DNA from: a virus
Length of the DNA stretch: 64,000 nt
IMG/VR virus record: IMGVR_UViG_3300044998_000296
Location: 2,476 to 66,475 of that record
Direction: 5' to 3' (one strand)
The notes beneath the pieces were generated by a model that worked only from the letters and a program-made list of their open reading frames with translations, had not been told where the DNA came from and did no database searches. The translations under genes were made by a program, and so were the position numbers. How positions within the stretch are numbered: the first letter of the stretch is position 1; each line of letters opens with the position of its first letter. Of this stretch, positions 54,516 to 63,945 are shown in pieces.

Positions 54516-56813
54516 ATGGCCACCTACTTCTCTATCCCCAACCTTGTCACCCGAGAGATAGCCCAAACCTTCACCGACCCCAACGACGCCGCCCTGATCG
54601 CCAACCAAGCCGGGCCGGGACAAACGGAAAAAGAAGAACGCCGCGCCTGGCTCGCCTCAGCCACCACCAAAACCGCAATCCTCTCGCTATTTGAAGGACT
54701 CAACCCGGAACTCCGCGTCTCCAACAAAGAAGGAAACCCGGTCGCCTTGGTGCATGGAATCATCGCAGACTACGATGCCACGGCCCCGGGAACCGAGGAA
54801 GAACAGGTCGCCCACGTCCAAGACTTTTTTGCCGACAAACCCGCGCTGACCCCAAGCTACCTGCAAAAGACTCCCTCCGGACACTTCCGGCTAATTTGGG
54901 AATTTGCCGAACCTTGCTCCATGCGAGGGACGCCGGAAAAATTCCTCCCCATGTTCATCCAAGAATTCCGCAAGCTCGTTCACATGGGCTCGATCTTTGC
55001 CGGATTGGACGAGGCCGCTCTCATCAAACCGTCCACGTATTATGACGCCCGGGGAACTTGGTATCGGATTAACCAAGACCCCTTCTCCGCAGCGGACGCA
55101 GACGGAGTTTTCTTCTCCACGGTTCGGAAATCCAAGTCGCTTGGGCTCAGTAGCGAACTAGTCGAAATTCCCATGGAAGCGATTCTGGACAAACTCAACG
55201 AACGCTACCCCGGACGCTGGCCAGTGGATATTCCGTTTGTCGATGGCTGCCGGGGTCCAGCCGTCTGGGACGACACCGCGACAAACCCGACAAGCACGAT
55301 TTATACAACCCGGGGAGCCTACCGTTTCTCCTCGGCCAAAGGATTCCATTCTTACGAGGAGCTGCTGGGACGCGATTTCATCCGCAAATGGCAGGATAAC
55401 AAAATCGGCCAAGTGGCCAAGAATTTCTACTACCTCCCACATGGTAACAAAAACTACTACGTCAAGCTCTCCGGAGGCCCCGGAGGCTCACACCTATGGG
55501 AACCCCAGAACCTCGGGGACGTGCAACGCCGACTAATCAATAACTGGAACCTGAGCCGCAAGCCACCCTCCCACAACACGGCTTCTGAAGTCGAACAGGC
55601 TGTCCAATACATCCAAGACTACCGCCGCATCGACGCCCTCCTGCCCTTCGTGTTCGACAAACGCGAGGTCGTCTGCTTCAACAACCGCCGCTTCCTCAAT
55701 ACCGCCCGCGTCCGGGTCATGGACCCAGCCCCCGAAGACATCGACATCCCCTACGCCGAACGCCGTAAGAAACTACGCCCCGCCGCCCGGAATCCCTATC
55801 GCTGGGGAGATGGGTTTCCTTTCATCGCCCAATGGCTCTGGAGCCTGTTCGATGACCCACGGAACCAACTTATCTACCTGCTCTGCTGGATCAAACAAGC
55901 CTACGAAAGTGCCCGCGACGGAACCCCGGAAAAAGGCCACGCCCTCTTCCTGGCCGGGGACAAAGACCGGGGCAAAACTCTCTTCAACGAAGTGTTCATG
56001 GAATCTATACTCGGAGGCCGCGAAAAAGCCACCGAATACCTGCTCGGCCAATCCAAGTTCAATCGGTCCCTGCTCGAAGTGGGCTTCTGGTCAGTGGACG
56101 ACGGGGAAGCCGGGCTGGACAGGAGAACCCACCAGCTATTTACCGAAACCATCAAAGCCTTCGTGGCCAACTCCAAGGTTCTCTACCAACCCAAATACGT
56201 GGATTCCCAAAGCATCCCCTACAATGGCCGCCTCTGCGTCACCCTTAACGAAGACCCGGAATCTCTCAAACTCATCCCCGACTTGGACCGAACCATCACC
56301 GATAAACTCCTCATCCTCAAACTGGCCAAAACAAAAACTTTCCACTTCCCCGTGCGCAAAGTGACCACCAAAAACGTCACCAACCAACTTCCCTACTTTC
56401 TGCGCTGGCTAATTCACTGGAACCCCCCTAAGTTCCTGACCGAAGGCTATGGCCGCTTCGGTATGCGCTCGTTCATTCATCCAGAAATCCGCGCACAGGC
56501 TTTGCTGGGAGGCTCGTCGGGAGACCTGCTAGAACTACTCTCCATCCTGTGGACCTCCGATGACGAGTTCATCCGCAAAGAAGCTGCCGGGGAACCATGG
56601 TGCGGAACCTGCTCGCAACTCTACGCGGCGTTGCAGGGAAACCCCCTGACCAATTCTCTCCTCAAAGGACTTACCCCCCGACTAATCGGGATGAAACTGT
56701 CTGCACTGTCGTCTCTCCACAATTCCGGTATAACCAGACTGCCTAAAAAAATCCGCCGAATCCACTCCTACCAAATCAACCCACCCCCACCCGAATTAGA
56801 AGAAATCCCGTGA
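54516..56813 (+). CDS. primase-helicase (primase-like N-terminus + SF3-type ATPase)
   Basis: ADYD and TPSGHFRLIW primase-like motifs; Walker A GDKDRGKTLF, SKFN, VDD, and VTLN. Confidence 0.8.
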   Translation: MATYFSIPNLVTREIAQTFTDPNDAALIANQAGPGQTEKEERRAWLASATTKTAILSLFEGLNPELRVSNKEGNPVALVHGIIADYDATAPGTEEEQVAHVQDFFADKPALTPSYLQKTPSGHFRLIWEFAEPCSMRGTPEKFLPMFIQEFRKLVHMGSIFAGLDEAALIKPSTYYDARGTWYRINQDPFSAADADGVFFSTVRKSKSLGLSSELVEIPMEAILDKLNERYPGRWPVDIPFVDGCRGPAVWDDTATNPTSTIYTTRGAYRFSSAKGFHSYEELLGRDFIRKWQDNKIGQVAKNFYYLPHGNKNYYVKLSGGPGGSHLWEPQNLGDVQRRLINNWNLSRKPPSHNTASEVEQAVQYIQDYRRIDALLPFVFDKREVVCFNNRRFLNTARVRVMDPAPEDIDIPYAERRKKLRPAARNPYRWGDGFPFIAQWLWSLFDDPRNQLIYLLCWIKQAYESARDGTPEKGHALFLAGDKDRGKTLFNEVFMESILGGREKATEYLLGQSKFNRSLLEVGFWSVDDGEAGLDRRTHQLFTETIKAFVANSKVLYQPKYVDSQSIPYNGRLCVTLNEDPESLKLIPDLDRTITDKLLILKLAKTKTFHFPVRKVTTKNVTNQLPYFLRWLIHWNPPKFLTEGYGRFGMRSFIHPEIRAQALLGGSSGDLLELLSILWTSDDEFIRKEAAGEPWCGTCSQLYAALQGNPLTNSLLKGLTPRLIGMKLSALSSLHNSGITRLPKKIRRIHSYQINPPPPELEEIP

Positions 56814-57169
56814 AACCACCCTCCTACACCGTCTCCCTCCAACCCCGTCACAACGAATCCGGGTTTCTGGGCTACCACGTTCAAATCTCGGTAACAAGCA
56901 CCCCCGCACCCAACGACCCCCCAGTCAACGATAGCCGCGAGTTCTTGTTCCCCGGAGCCGACCCGACTATCGCCCTGGTGGGTGCATGGATCAAGGTGGG
57001 CGATATTCTGGAAGAATTTTCGGCCACCGCAGACTCGGATACCGCCGAATTGCTGGAAAACGCTGAGATTCTCGCCGGGATCGACCCCGAAACCTTGCGC
57101 ATCTGGCAGGCATGGTTCGCCGCTCTGCCGCCCGAGGACGAGCACGAGGGCGACTTATACAAAAACTAA
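56810..57169 (+). CDS. hypothetical acidic protein
   Basis: GTGA overlap with the primase stop. Confidence 0.55.
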   Translation: MKPPSYTVSLQPRHNESGFLGYHVQISVTSTPAPNDPPVNDSREFLFPGADPTIALVGAWIKVGDILEEFSATADSDTAELLENAEILAGIDPETLRIWQAWFAALPPEDEHEGDLYKN

Positions 57170-57176
57170 TCCGTCT

Positions 57177-57752
57177 ATGTTCATCTCCACGGATAAAGGA
57201 ATCGCCGCGCTGCTGCGCGAAGGGGATTACTTTGTCCTGCGCTCCACGGCTGCCGGACTGGAAGCTGAATACTCTCCAGACGGCCCGGCCAACGGTCCCA
57301 TCAAAGGAGCCTTCGCGGCCATGAATGGGTCGGTCCTAACGTGGGACGCCTCAGAGGCCGCAGAACTCCTCAGAACGCGGCACGGGGACACAGAGGCGTT
57401 TTTGATTCGAGAACTCCGCAGGAGCCAATCTCGAAGCGGCACGGGGCCTGTGGGCGTCGGAGGTAAAGAACCAGAACCCCCACTAGAACAACGACTAGCC
57501 CAAAACCTGACCGACTTCGCCAAAGAATATGCCCCGGGCGGACTGTGGCAGGGTTTCATGGAGGACTTGCACCGGGAGTTCATCAACGTCTTCATGCCCG
57601 GCCCCCTGAACAATGAACTGCGCAAAGCCATCCTGACGCTTCCAGAACTGCTCTCCGGCGTCACCAAACGAGGCAAGGGCCCCGATACCCTTCTGTTTAT
57701 TGACTGGGACGAACTGGCCGCCCAGACGCCCGAGCACAATAATCAAGAATAA
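57177..57752 (+). CDS. hypothetical protein
   Basis: ctATG start; last gene of the replication block. Confidence 0.55.
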   Translation: MFISTDKGIAALLREGDYFVLRSTAAGLEAEYSPDGPANGPIKGAFAAMNGSVLTWDASEAAELLRTRHGDTEAFLIRELRRSQSRSGTGPVGVGGKEPEPPLEQRLAQNLTDFAKEYAPGGLWQGFMEDLHREFINVFMPGPLNNELRKAILTLPELLSGVTKRGKGPDTLLFIDWDELAAQTPEHNNQE

Positions 57753-58098
57753 CCGCAGCGGCCTTCAAATGTCCACGGGCCTCCAAACGGGCTGCCTTGG
57801 CTCTTAACTCCTCAATCGACTGATTACCCAACCGAGACGGATCGGGAGCCACAGAACCAAGCACAACGGCAGGAGACCCCACCCGACGAACCCGATTCAA
57901 GGTCTCCAGGATTCTTGTTCTCGCCGGATGATCGGCGGGCCGCTCGGCCCAAATCCGCCGCAAAGACTCCGCAATCCTAGCCCGGGTCTCCGCAGAACGC
58001 TTCTTAGGTCGCCGGGCAATGGCTTCAGGACTCAAAGGCTTCCCCCGCTTGGCAGCAGAAATTTTAGCACGGGTCTCGGCGGATAAGGTTTTTTGCAT
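57697..58098 (-). CDS. NUMOD3-repeat DNA-binding protein without recognisable nuclease domain
   Basis: SAETRAKISAAKRGK..S and SAETRARIAES repeats. Confidence 0.65.
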   Translation of the reverse strand: MQKTLSAETRAKISAAKRGKPLSPEAIARRPKKRSAETRARIAESLRRIWAERPADHPARTRILETLNRVRRVGSPAVVLGSVAPDPSRLGNQSIEELRAKAARLEARGHLKAAAVILDYCARASGRPVRPSQ

Positions 58099-58111
58099 AC
58101 GTGTGAGGACA

Positions 58112-58139
58112 AATATACCCAAGCCCCCGGAGGTGTCAA
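58112..58139 (-). promoter_or_regulatory. sigma70-like promoter
   Basis: TTGACA-16 nt-TATATT upstream of the NUMOD3 gene. Confidence 0.55.
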
Positions 58140-58336
58140 GTAAGAAGGAACGGGTTCTTAAGGAAACACGGAAGACGGTTTCACGAAAACAAAAAGGATG
58201 GTTCGAGGGGAAACAAGGAAGATGGTTCGAGGGGAAACAAGGTCAGCGGGGAACAGGGGAACAGGGGAACAGGGGAACAAAAACTAGCAAAAACGGGGTC
58301 AAAAGACGGGCCAAAAAGAGCCCCAAAAACCCTCTG

Positions 58337-58834
58337 AGGTCTCAACTAAGCAGGTTTAGTTGAGACCTAACGCTTAGTTGAGACCTTTTAACAGATTCAA
58401 ACTTGAGGTTTCAACTAAGCAAGGGTAGTAAAACATAAGAAAACGAAAAACTATTTACCAGGAAAAAATAGCAACTTACAATGTAAATACATTTTCAAAA
58501 CCTCCTCAAAAAACACCTATTTATAAAAATACTATATTTTTTTTTCTTATACCATTTGCTTAGTTGAGAGTTAGTATATTTAGTTTAATTAACAGATAAA
58601 AAAGTAGGTCTCAACTACACGTGGTAGTAAAGAAAAAAGCCTTAATTCCCTATACCACGTGTAGTTGAGACCTACTTTTGAATCTGTTAATCGGCCAAAA
58701 ACGTCCTTAGTTGAGACCTGATCTAGTTGAGACCTCGTAATCCCTACTAGCCTATAGGAAATTAGGGGAATTGCCCCTCAACCCGATTCCGGGAAAATTT
58801 GGTGTTTTTATACTACCACGCTTAGTTGAGACCT
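58337..58834. repeat. Iteron-like 12-mer TAGTTGAGACCT (about 10 copies, both orientations) around an AT-rich core; putative origin or packaging site
   Basis: Copies at 58337, 58357, 58375, 58406 (1 mismatch), 58561 (partial), 58606, 58662, 58708, 58724 and 58823; 38-bp inverted repeat 58589-58626/58653-58690. Confidence 0.8.
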
Positions 58835-58975
58835 CAAAAACCGTTTTTGCAGGGCAATTTTTCTACGGTGTCCCCAATACGTTTTCCGCTGGCTCTAAAG
58901 GCTCCCCGGTGACACCCCCGCCACCCCTTTGCCCGGTCCCCAAGAATCCTTTTTTCTTGGTGGCCCTACGGGTTG

Positions 58976-59530
58976 TCACCCCGTAGCCTCGGCCTCGGCA
59001 TCTTGTTCCAACTCAATGACTTGGGCCTTTAGTTCTTTAATTGTCGGTTGTCCGCCGGACAAAATGGAGATTGATACGGGTGGGCGGGTGCTATTTTGAA
59101 CTGTTCCATTCTTGCCAAGAATCTCCCTGGCCATGCCGACTAGCTTGGCAATCTTTTCCGCTTTGGTGAACCATTCTTCCGCTGGTAATTGTTTGATGAG
59201 CAACGGGATAGCGCACGCAACATCATGTAAATGCTCGTCAAAGATCGCTTCCTTGTCCCCTTTAGTCTTCGTAAATAGTTGGTCCAGAGTCGCCTGCAAA
59301 GCGGGCGTGTTTGCTTTTACTGTAATACGTTTTACGATTACTCTGCGGTTTACAGAAGCGGGCACTATTCCCTCGGATTTCGCCCAGCGGCGCACCGTGT
59401 CGGCGTTCACTCCCAGCTTATCGGCCACTTCCGGAAATGATAAGCCGTCGTTTTCCAGGTAGATGCGAGCAATCTCCTGTTGTTTCTCATCTCCCATGAA
59501 TCCATCTTCCCCGGTTGCTACTTTAGCCAT
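58976..59530 (-). CDS. HTH protein, probable terminase small subunit
   Basis: SFPEVADKLGVNADTVRRW HTH, helical middle, C-terminal VSISIL...VIELE; same strand as terL. Confidence 0.55.
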   Translation of the reverse strand: MAKVATGEDGFMGDEKQQEIARIYLENDGLSFPEVADKLGVNADTVRRWAKSEGIVPASVNRRVIVKRITVKANTPALQATLDQLFTKTKGDKEAIFDEHLHDVACAIPLLIKQLPAEEWFTKAEKIAKLVGMAREILGKNGTVQNSTRPPVSISILSGGQPTIKELKAQVIELEQDAEAEATG

Positions 59531-59536
59531 GTTCCC

Positions 59537-59565
59537 CTGATACCATGCTACCTGGGTCCCGTCAA
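59537..59565 (-). promoter_or_regulatory. sigma70-like promoter, likely leaderless transcript
   Basis: TTGACG-17 nt-TATCAG with extended TG, 6 nt before ATG. Confidence 0.55.
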
Positions 59566-59619
59566 GCGGTTGTAGCCGTGGCTACGTTTTCCTGCCCTTA
59601 CTTCCACCCGTTTCCAATA

Positions 59620-59885
59620 GGCTGTGACGAAAGTCCGGCCTCCACGCCGTAAAAGTGGGCGGTATCTTAGACGCTGGTGAATCTCGCAAGAGGGGAAAGT
59701 CTAAGCGTAGGTCCATACGATAGGCACGCTCTGGAACCCGTCCAAGATAGGCTGAAGCGGAAGCGTCAAGTAAGCCTGCTTGGATTGCCACGGAAGCCTT
59801 GCAACGCTGAAGCCGACTGGCCAAGTAAGCTGTTTGCGAGGTGGGAGTCCAGATAGTCGAAAAAAGCCGCCCGCTTTTTTCCTTT
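59620..59885 (+). ncRNA. candidate structured non-coding RNA
   Basis: Nested stems and GNRA loops in an intergenic region with no credible ORF; family unknown. Confidence 0.4.
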
Positions 59886-60170
59886 AGTGGCCCAGTTTAT
59901 TTGATTCGAGGGGCTGCTTTACCCAGTCAAGCCCATTACACGGCTGAAGGGACTCGAACAAATCAATAGCACCATTTCAACCTTGGTCGCCACCTTTCCC
60001 GCATCCTTTTTGATGTCGGAGCGGTCTTCATACCGCACGGAAAGCCAACGGCCAGATTTGTCGAAACAAGACGGCGGAGTGATCCACCGTCTTGTCTGCT
60101 TGTGATTGGCTATCCAAGCACTGAAGAGACAAGCCATTAAACCGTTCAAAACAAAACAAAACAAAAACTT

Positions 60171-60584
60171 ATGAACAACCTTACACCTAACAAAGCAGAA
60201 CTCTCTGCTACAGTGAATCCTTGTAACCTTGCCGCCGTGAGCATAGCGGCCTGTCTTGCCTTCCGCGACAAAGCGGAGTCCGCGAAGGCCGCCGCCAAGG
60301 CCGCCGTCAAGTCCGCGATTGAGGTTTTCGGCGAGAAAGACGCCGCCGCTCGTGTCCGCGTCTTGCTCACCAAAGAGCACGGAATTGATCGCCGTCGTGT
60401 GTCGGAAGCCCTGTTGGAGTTTGGCTTCAGGGCCCGCGCCAAGTCCGCTGCTAAAGTTGACAAAAGCGAGGAGTTGAAGGACGTGATCGCGTCTCTCATT
60501 GCCCGTGCCCAGGAACTTGCCGGGGATGATGCCGTCGTGGCCTTGCGCCGCGCCTATCTCTCCCTCCAGGCCAAAAAGGACTGA
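60171..60584 (+). CDS. hypothetical Ala/Lys-rich protein
   Basis: AAAAC-repeat leader then cttATG; first early gene. Confidence 0.65.
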   Translation: MNNLTPNKAELSATVNPCNLAAVSIAACLAFRDKAESAKAAAKAAVKSAIEVFGEKDAAARVRVLLTKEHGIDRRRVSEALLEFGFRARAKSAAKVDKSEELKDVIASLIARAQELAGDDAVVALRRAYLSLQAKKD

Positions 60585-60599
60585 ACGCAAGGATGGCGC

Positions 60600-60623
60600 G
60601 GCTTGTCCGAATCCGGACAAGCC
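60600..60623. repeat. intergenic palindrome ggcttgtccgaatccggacaagcc
   Basis: Same family as 1964-2001 and 63588-63611. Confidence 0.75.
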
Positions 60624-60762
60624 TCCCCGCCAACCAAGCAAACAATATGAATCTAGTGTCGAGGCTGTGGTAGGCATCGACTCCCAAAGCGCGGGACTCC
60701 GGCGCGTCGAGGGACCAGTTAACCTTTCGGAGCGAGCGGGTGAGATGCCCTTAGTCAAAAGA

Positions 60763-61518
60763 ATGAAGAGTAAATGGAATGATGGAATAATGAGTCGGGG
60801 ACGCCGCCCCGTGGCCGTCTTAGTCACGGCTGATGGGGTTCCCCACAAATTTGCGGGGAGCAGCATCGCTGGCGTCTGTCACGCCGTTAACACCGGGTAT
60901 GAGAAAAAGGGCAAGTGGAGTAACTCGGACTACGAGATTCTCCACCACGACACCACGGCGTTCGTGACGTGGTTTCAGGACTGGGATACGGGCGAAACCT
61001 GGCCCCAAGCCTCTTGGGAGGAAGCGTATCGCTTCCTCGCCACAAAAGCCCCGACACTCAAGCCGGGGCTGTTCGACGCCTTCGTTCGCCAACATTGGCC
61101 GAAGGCTGCGGAGAGGTTCGACGCCGTGGCCGCTGCCGAAGCGGAATTCGGCAAGCCCGCGACGGCGGAACAACTTGCCGCCATTGAGGCGGCCAAGGCG
61201 GAAATTGCCCGTCTGAACGCGGAGGCCAAAGAAGCCTCCGAGCGTGCTGACGAGTTGGCCCGCCTGACGCGGGAGGTTCGCTTTGCGCGGGATTCCCGCG
61301 ACAAAGCTGCCGTTCGCCTGGCGGAAGTTCAGGCGGAAGCCGCCTCGTTGTCCGGCTTTGACCCAGCCACTTTCAATGCTGAGACAGACACCATCTGGAG
61401 CGAGGTCCGGCAGTTGGAAGAAAAACTTGCCGCCGCCCGCCGAAAGGCGGATGCGGAAAATAAGAAAGCTGAACTCGGGAACAGCTTGGGCATCGCATTT
61501 GCGAAACTTGGACTTTAA
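60763..61518 (+). CDS. hypothetical protein with C-terminal coiled coil
   Basis: Globular N-terminus (EKKGKWSNSDY) plus Ala/Glu coiled coil; start approximate. Confidence 0.65.
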   Translation: MKSKWNDGIMSRGRRPVAVLVTADGVPHKFAGSSIAGVCHAVNTGYEKKGKWSNSDYEILHHDTTAFVTWFQDWDTGETWPQASWEEAYRFLATKAPTLKPGLFDAFVRQHWPKAAERFDAVAAAEAEFGKPATAEQLAAIEAAKAEIARLNAEAKEASERADELARLTREVRFARDSRDKAAVRLAEVQAEAASLSGFDPATFNAETDTIWSEVRQLEEKLAAARRKADAENKKAELGNSLGIAFAKLGL

Positions 61519-61573
61519 TATCGCACAAGCAGCGCATGAAAATCACAACATTCGCTTACAATCAAAAAACAAA

Positions 61574-61981
61574 ATGAAGAAAGCAATCTGGTTCTCCCGG
61601 CACCAGCCAACAGCCGGGCAAATTGAGGATGCGGCCCGCATGGGATACGCCCTCGAAGTCACACCCGAGGGGACGACTCTTGGGGCAATGGACCTCCGCG
61701 ACAACGGCGATGTGCTCGCCTGCGTCTCGGGACTGCTCGGTCACTGCGCCGAACAAGGCGCATCCGCCATCTTCGGGGTTTTCGCCGCGCCGATCCTCGC
61801 CCAAATCGCCCGGACGTCCGAGGACATCCGGCAACGTGGCGAGTTTGTCCCGGGAGACATCCCCTGCTTCGCCGCCTGGAACGTCATGCGGTCGCAAGAA
61901 GGCGGCAAGCCCACTTTCGAGCACAAGAAATGGCTCGGCATCGGGAGACTTTCCCAGGACTCCTGCCGCTGGCTGAAATGA
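61574..61981 (+). CDS. hypothetical protein (WFSRH.PT..Q motif)
   Basis: A-rich leader; WFSRH N-terminus and FEH..W C-terminus. Confidence 0.7.
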   Translation: MKKAIWFSRHQPTAGQIEDAARMGYALEVTPEGTTLGAMDLRDNGDVLACVSGLLGHCAEQGASAIFGVFAAPILAQIARTSEDIRQRGEFVPGDIPCFAAWNVMRSQEGGKPTFEHKKWLGIGRLSQDSCRWLK

Positions 61982-62105
61982 GATGCAAGACAACTGGCAA
62001 AAGCCGGGGAGAAATCCCCGGCAACACGCTGCCCCAAAGTCTTTCGCCCACCTACCTAACCAAACCAACCAACCAACCAACCAACCAAACCAAACCAACA
62101 ACATT

Positions 62106-63575
62106 ATGAACCGATTCTATACCAACCCCGTCTTCAACCCGCCCCTTAGTCGCATCCTGGCCTATCGGCCCGGTGATACAGTTACGGGTGTGGGGTTTTC
62201 TCGTAATATCCGCATCGAATCCGTGACATCGGATTCTGTAACTTATTCCTGGGTTTCTACCGTGACGGGGGACGTTGAACACGTCTTCCCGAATAGCCGA
62301 GAGGAGTTTAATAGGCTTCTTCGCAACACCTTTGTCGGGATTCCCGACGGGGCTCGAACCTTCCATCCCGTGGAAGGATACACTCCCACGGTCCCGCCCT
62401 TTGCCGAGCTTCGGCTGGCCAAGTCGGTCGTGGACGTGTTGAAGTGCCTGTCCGACGACGGGTGCCCGTGGAGCCGGGCAATACTCCGGGCGTATGAGCA
62501 GAAGGACTTTCGGCGGTCCCGGCTCTTGAATCCCGATCTTCTGACCAAGGTTGGCAACTTCTTTGCTTTCCGGGAATCTGAGGGCCTTGTCACCTTTTGT
62601 CCTCCGGGCCGGGAGCAGAAGTTCAACGACGACGGCACTTGGAAACGAGAGGGGCGGCAATCCGTCAAGCCCGCCAAGTGGCTTCGTGCGGTCCTGCATC
62701 CCCGGATCGTGGCCAAACTCCCCGATCACATCTTCGGAAAGTTCTCCGAGAAATTCCGCGCCCTGGAGCAACGGGACGCGATCACCTTCCGAGAGGATGT
62801 GTCCTTTGGCGAGGCTTATGCTTCGGACAACTATCCAGACCAGGCCGATGCCATAAATTCTTGTATGTGGGATCAGCCCGTAGGAGGGTTCTACGGGCTT
62901 TTCCCGTGCCACCCGGTTGTTATTGAGCGTGGAGATGGGAAGTTCCTTGCCCGGGCGATTCTGTGGACTTCCGTGGAGGGGCTTGACTGCCCTTTCTTGG
63001 ACCGTATCTACGCCGTTAATCCAGAGACGACGGAAGCCTTCTTGGCCCATGCCAAGGCGCAGGGATGGGCTGTTAAGGCTCGGCAAAGCAACGGCTATCT
63101 CCGGGAAGTGATCCTCCCCGATGGGCGGCAAAAGTCCCTCGATCTGCGCGTCGCCCCTGCTTCCTGCGGTAGCTTTCCCAGGGGGACATTTTTCCCCTAT
63201 GCCGATACGTTCCGGATTCTGACCCCCGAGGGGGAGTTGGTAAACGCCGCCCCGGACGACGATGACCCCGATTATGACGGGTGTTCCCTGCTGGAGCACA
63301 CCAACGGCGGAATTACCTTGGTCGAAGGAGCCGACCCGCATGACGGGGAAGTGCAGGACATCGATGGATACTGGATTTCGGAGAATGACGCCGTCGTAAT
63401 TGGTGGAAACATTTACTCCGCTGACGACGACCGCATTGTCTGGAGTTACCCTGAAGATAGGTATATTCTCCGATGTGACGCGGTCAGCGTTGCCGGGGAT
63501 TGGTATTCCGAAGATTCCACCGCGATCCTGCTGAACGACGCCGGGGAATACGTTCTTGCCCATGAATACGTCTGA
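62106..63575 (+). CDS. conserved phage protein (SCM...ARA.LW...DRIY...PY.DT family)
   Basis: NSCMW, LARAILW, FLDRIY, FPYADTF, acidic repeat tail. Confidence 0.7.
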   Translation: MNRFYTNPVFNPPLSRILAYRPGDTVTGVGFSRNIRIESVTSDSVTYSWVSTVTGDVEHVFPNSREEFNRLLRNTFVGIPDGARTFHPVEGYTPTVPPFAELRLAKSVVDVLKCLSDDGCPWSRAILRAYEQKDFRRSRLLNPDLLTKVGNFFAFRESEGLVTFCPPGREQKFNDDGTWKREGRQSVKPAKWLRAVLHPRIVAKLPDHIFGKFSEKFRALEQRDAITFREDVSFGEAYASDNYPDQADAINSCMWDQPVGGFYGLFPCHPVVIERGDGKFLARAILWTSVEGLDCPFLDRIYAVNPETTEAFLAHAKAQGWAVKARQSNGYLREVILPDGRQKSLDLRVAPASCGSFPRGTFFPYADTFRILTPEGELVNAAPDDDDPDYDGCSLLEHTNGGITLVEGADPHDGEVQDIDGYWISENDAVVIGGNIYSADDDRIVWSYPEDRYILRCDAVSVAGDWYSEDSTAILLNDAGEYVLAHEYV

Positions 63576-63587
63576 GAGTCATTCCCA

Positions 63588-63611
63588 CCCTTGTCCGAAT
63601 TCGGACAAGGG
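63588..63611. repeat. perfect 24-bp palindrome cccttgtccgaattcggacaaggg
   Basis: Self-complementary; follows the stop of the preceding gene. Confidence 0.85.
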
Positions 63612-63627
63612 CAAGCCCCGCCATTAA

Positions 63628-63661
<34 letters not shown>

Positions 63662-63676
63662 AACCAAAAAATCAGC

Positions 63677-63904
63677 ATGAACCCTGAACTCACCAAAAAC
63701 GACTTCCGCCATCTCTTGGAGGATCAAACCCCCTGCTATGAGATCGACACCAGCGGATCAGCCACCGAACACGAACTCGGGGAGCTGGCCCGCCTCGACG
63801 GTCATGCCAGCCTGACATCCTGTCTCAACGAGTGGAACGCTTGGGGAAGGACTGTCAGCCAGGTGGCTGACCTCATCATCAACACCGAATCCGGTGAAGA
63901 ATAA
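63677..63904 (+). CDS. hypothetical acidic protein
   Basis: ATG after the AC-repeat leader. Confidence 0.6.
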   Translation: MNPELTKNDFRHLLEDQTPCYEIDTSGSATEHELGELARLDGHASLTSCLNEWNAWGRTVSQVADLIINTESGEE

Positions 63905-63945
63905 AGCGGCCACACACACACACACACAACCAAACAGCTACCCTT

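Noticed and set aside
57697-58098. Intact homing endonuclease
   Set aside because: NUMOD3 repeats are present but no GIY-YIG or HNH catalytic motif is visible.
58337-58834. CRISPR array
   Set aside because: Repeats are only 12 bp, in both orientations, with irregular spacing; no cas operon.
59624-59645. RNase P RNA (gacgaaagtccggcctcc resembles GAGGAAAGUCCGGGCUCC)
   Set aside because: The matching 3' P4 consensus was not found; resemblance may be chance.
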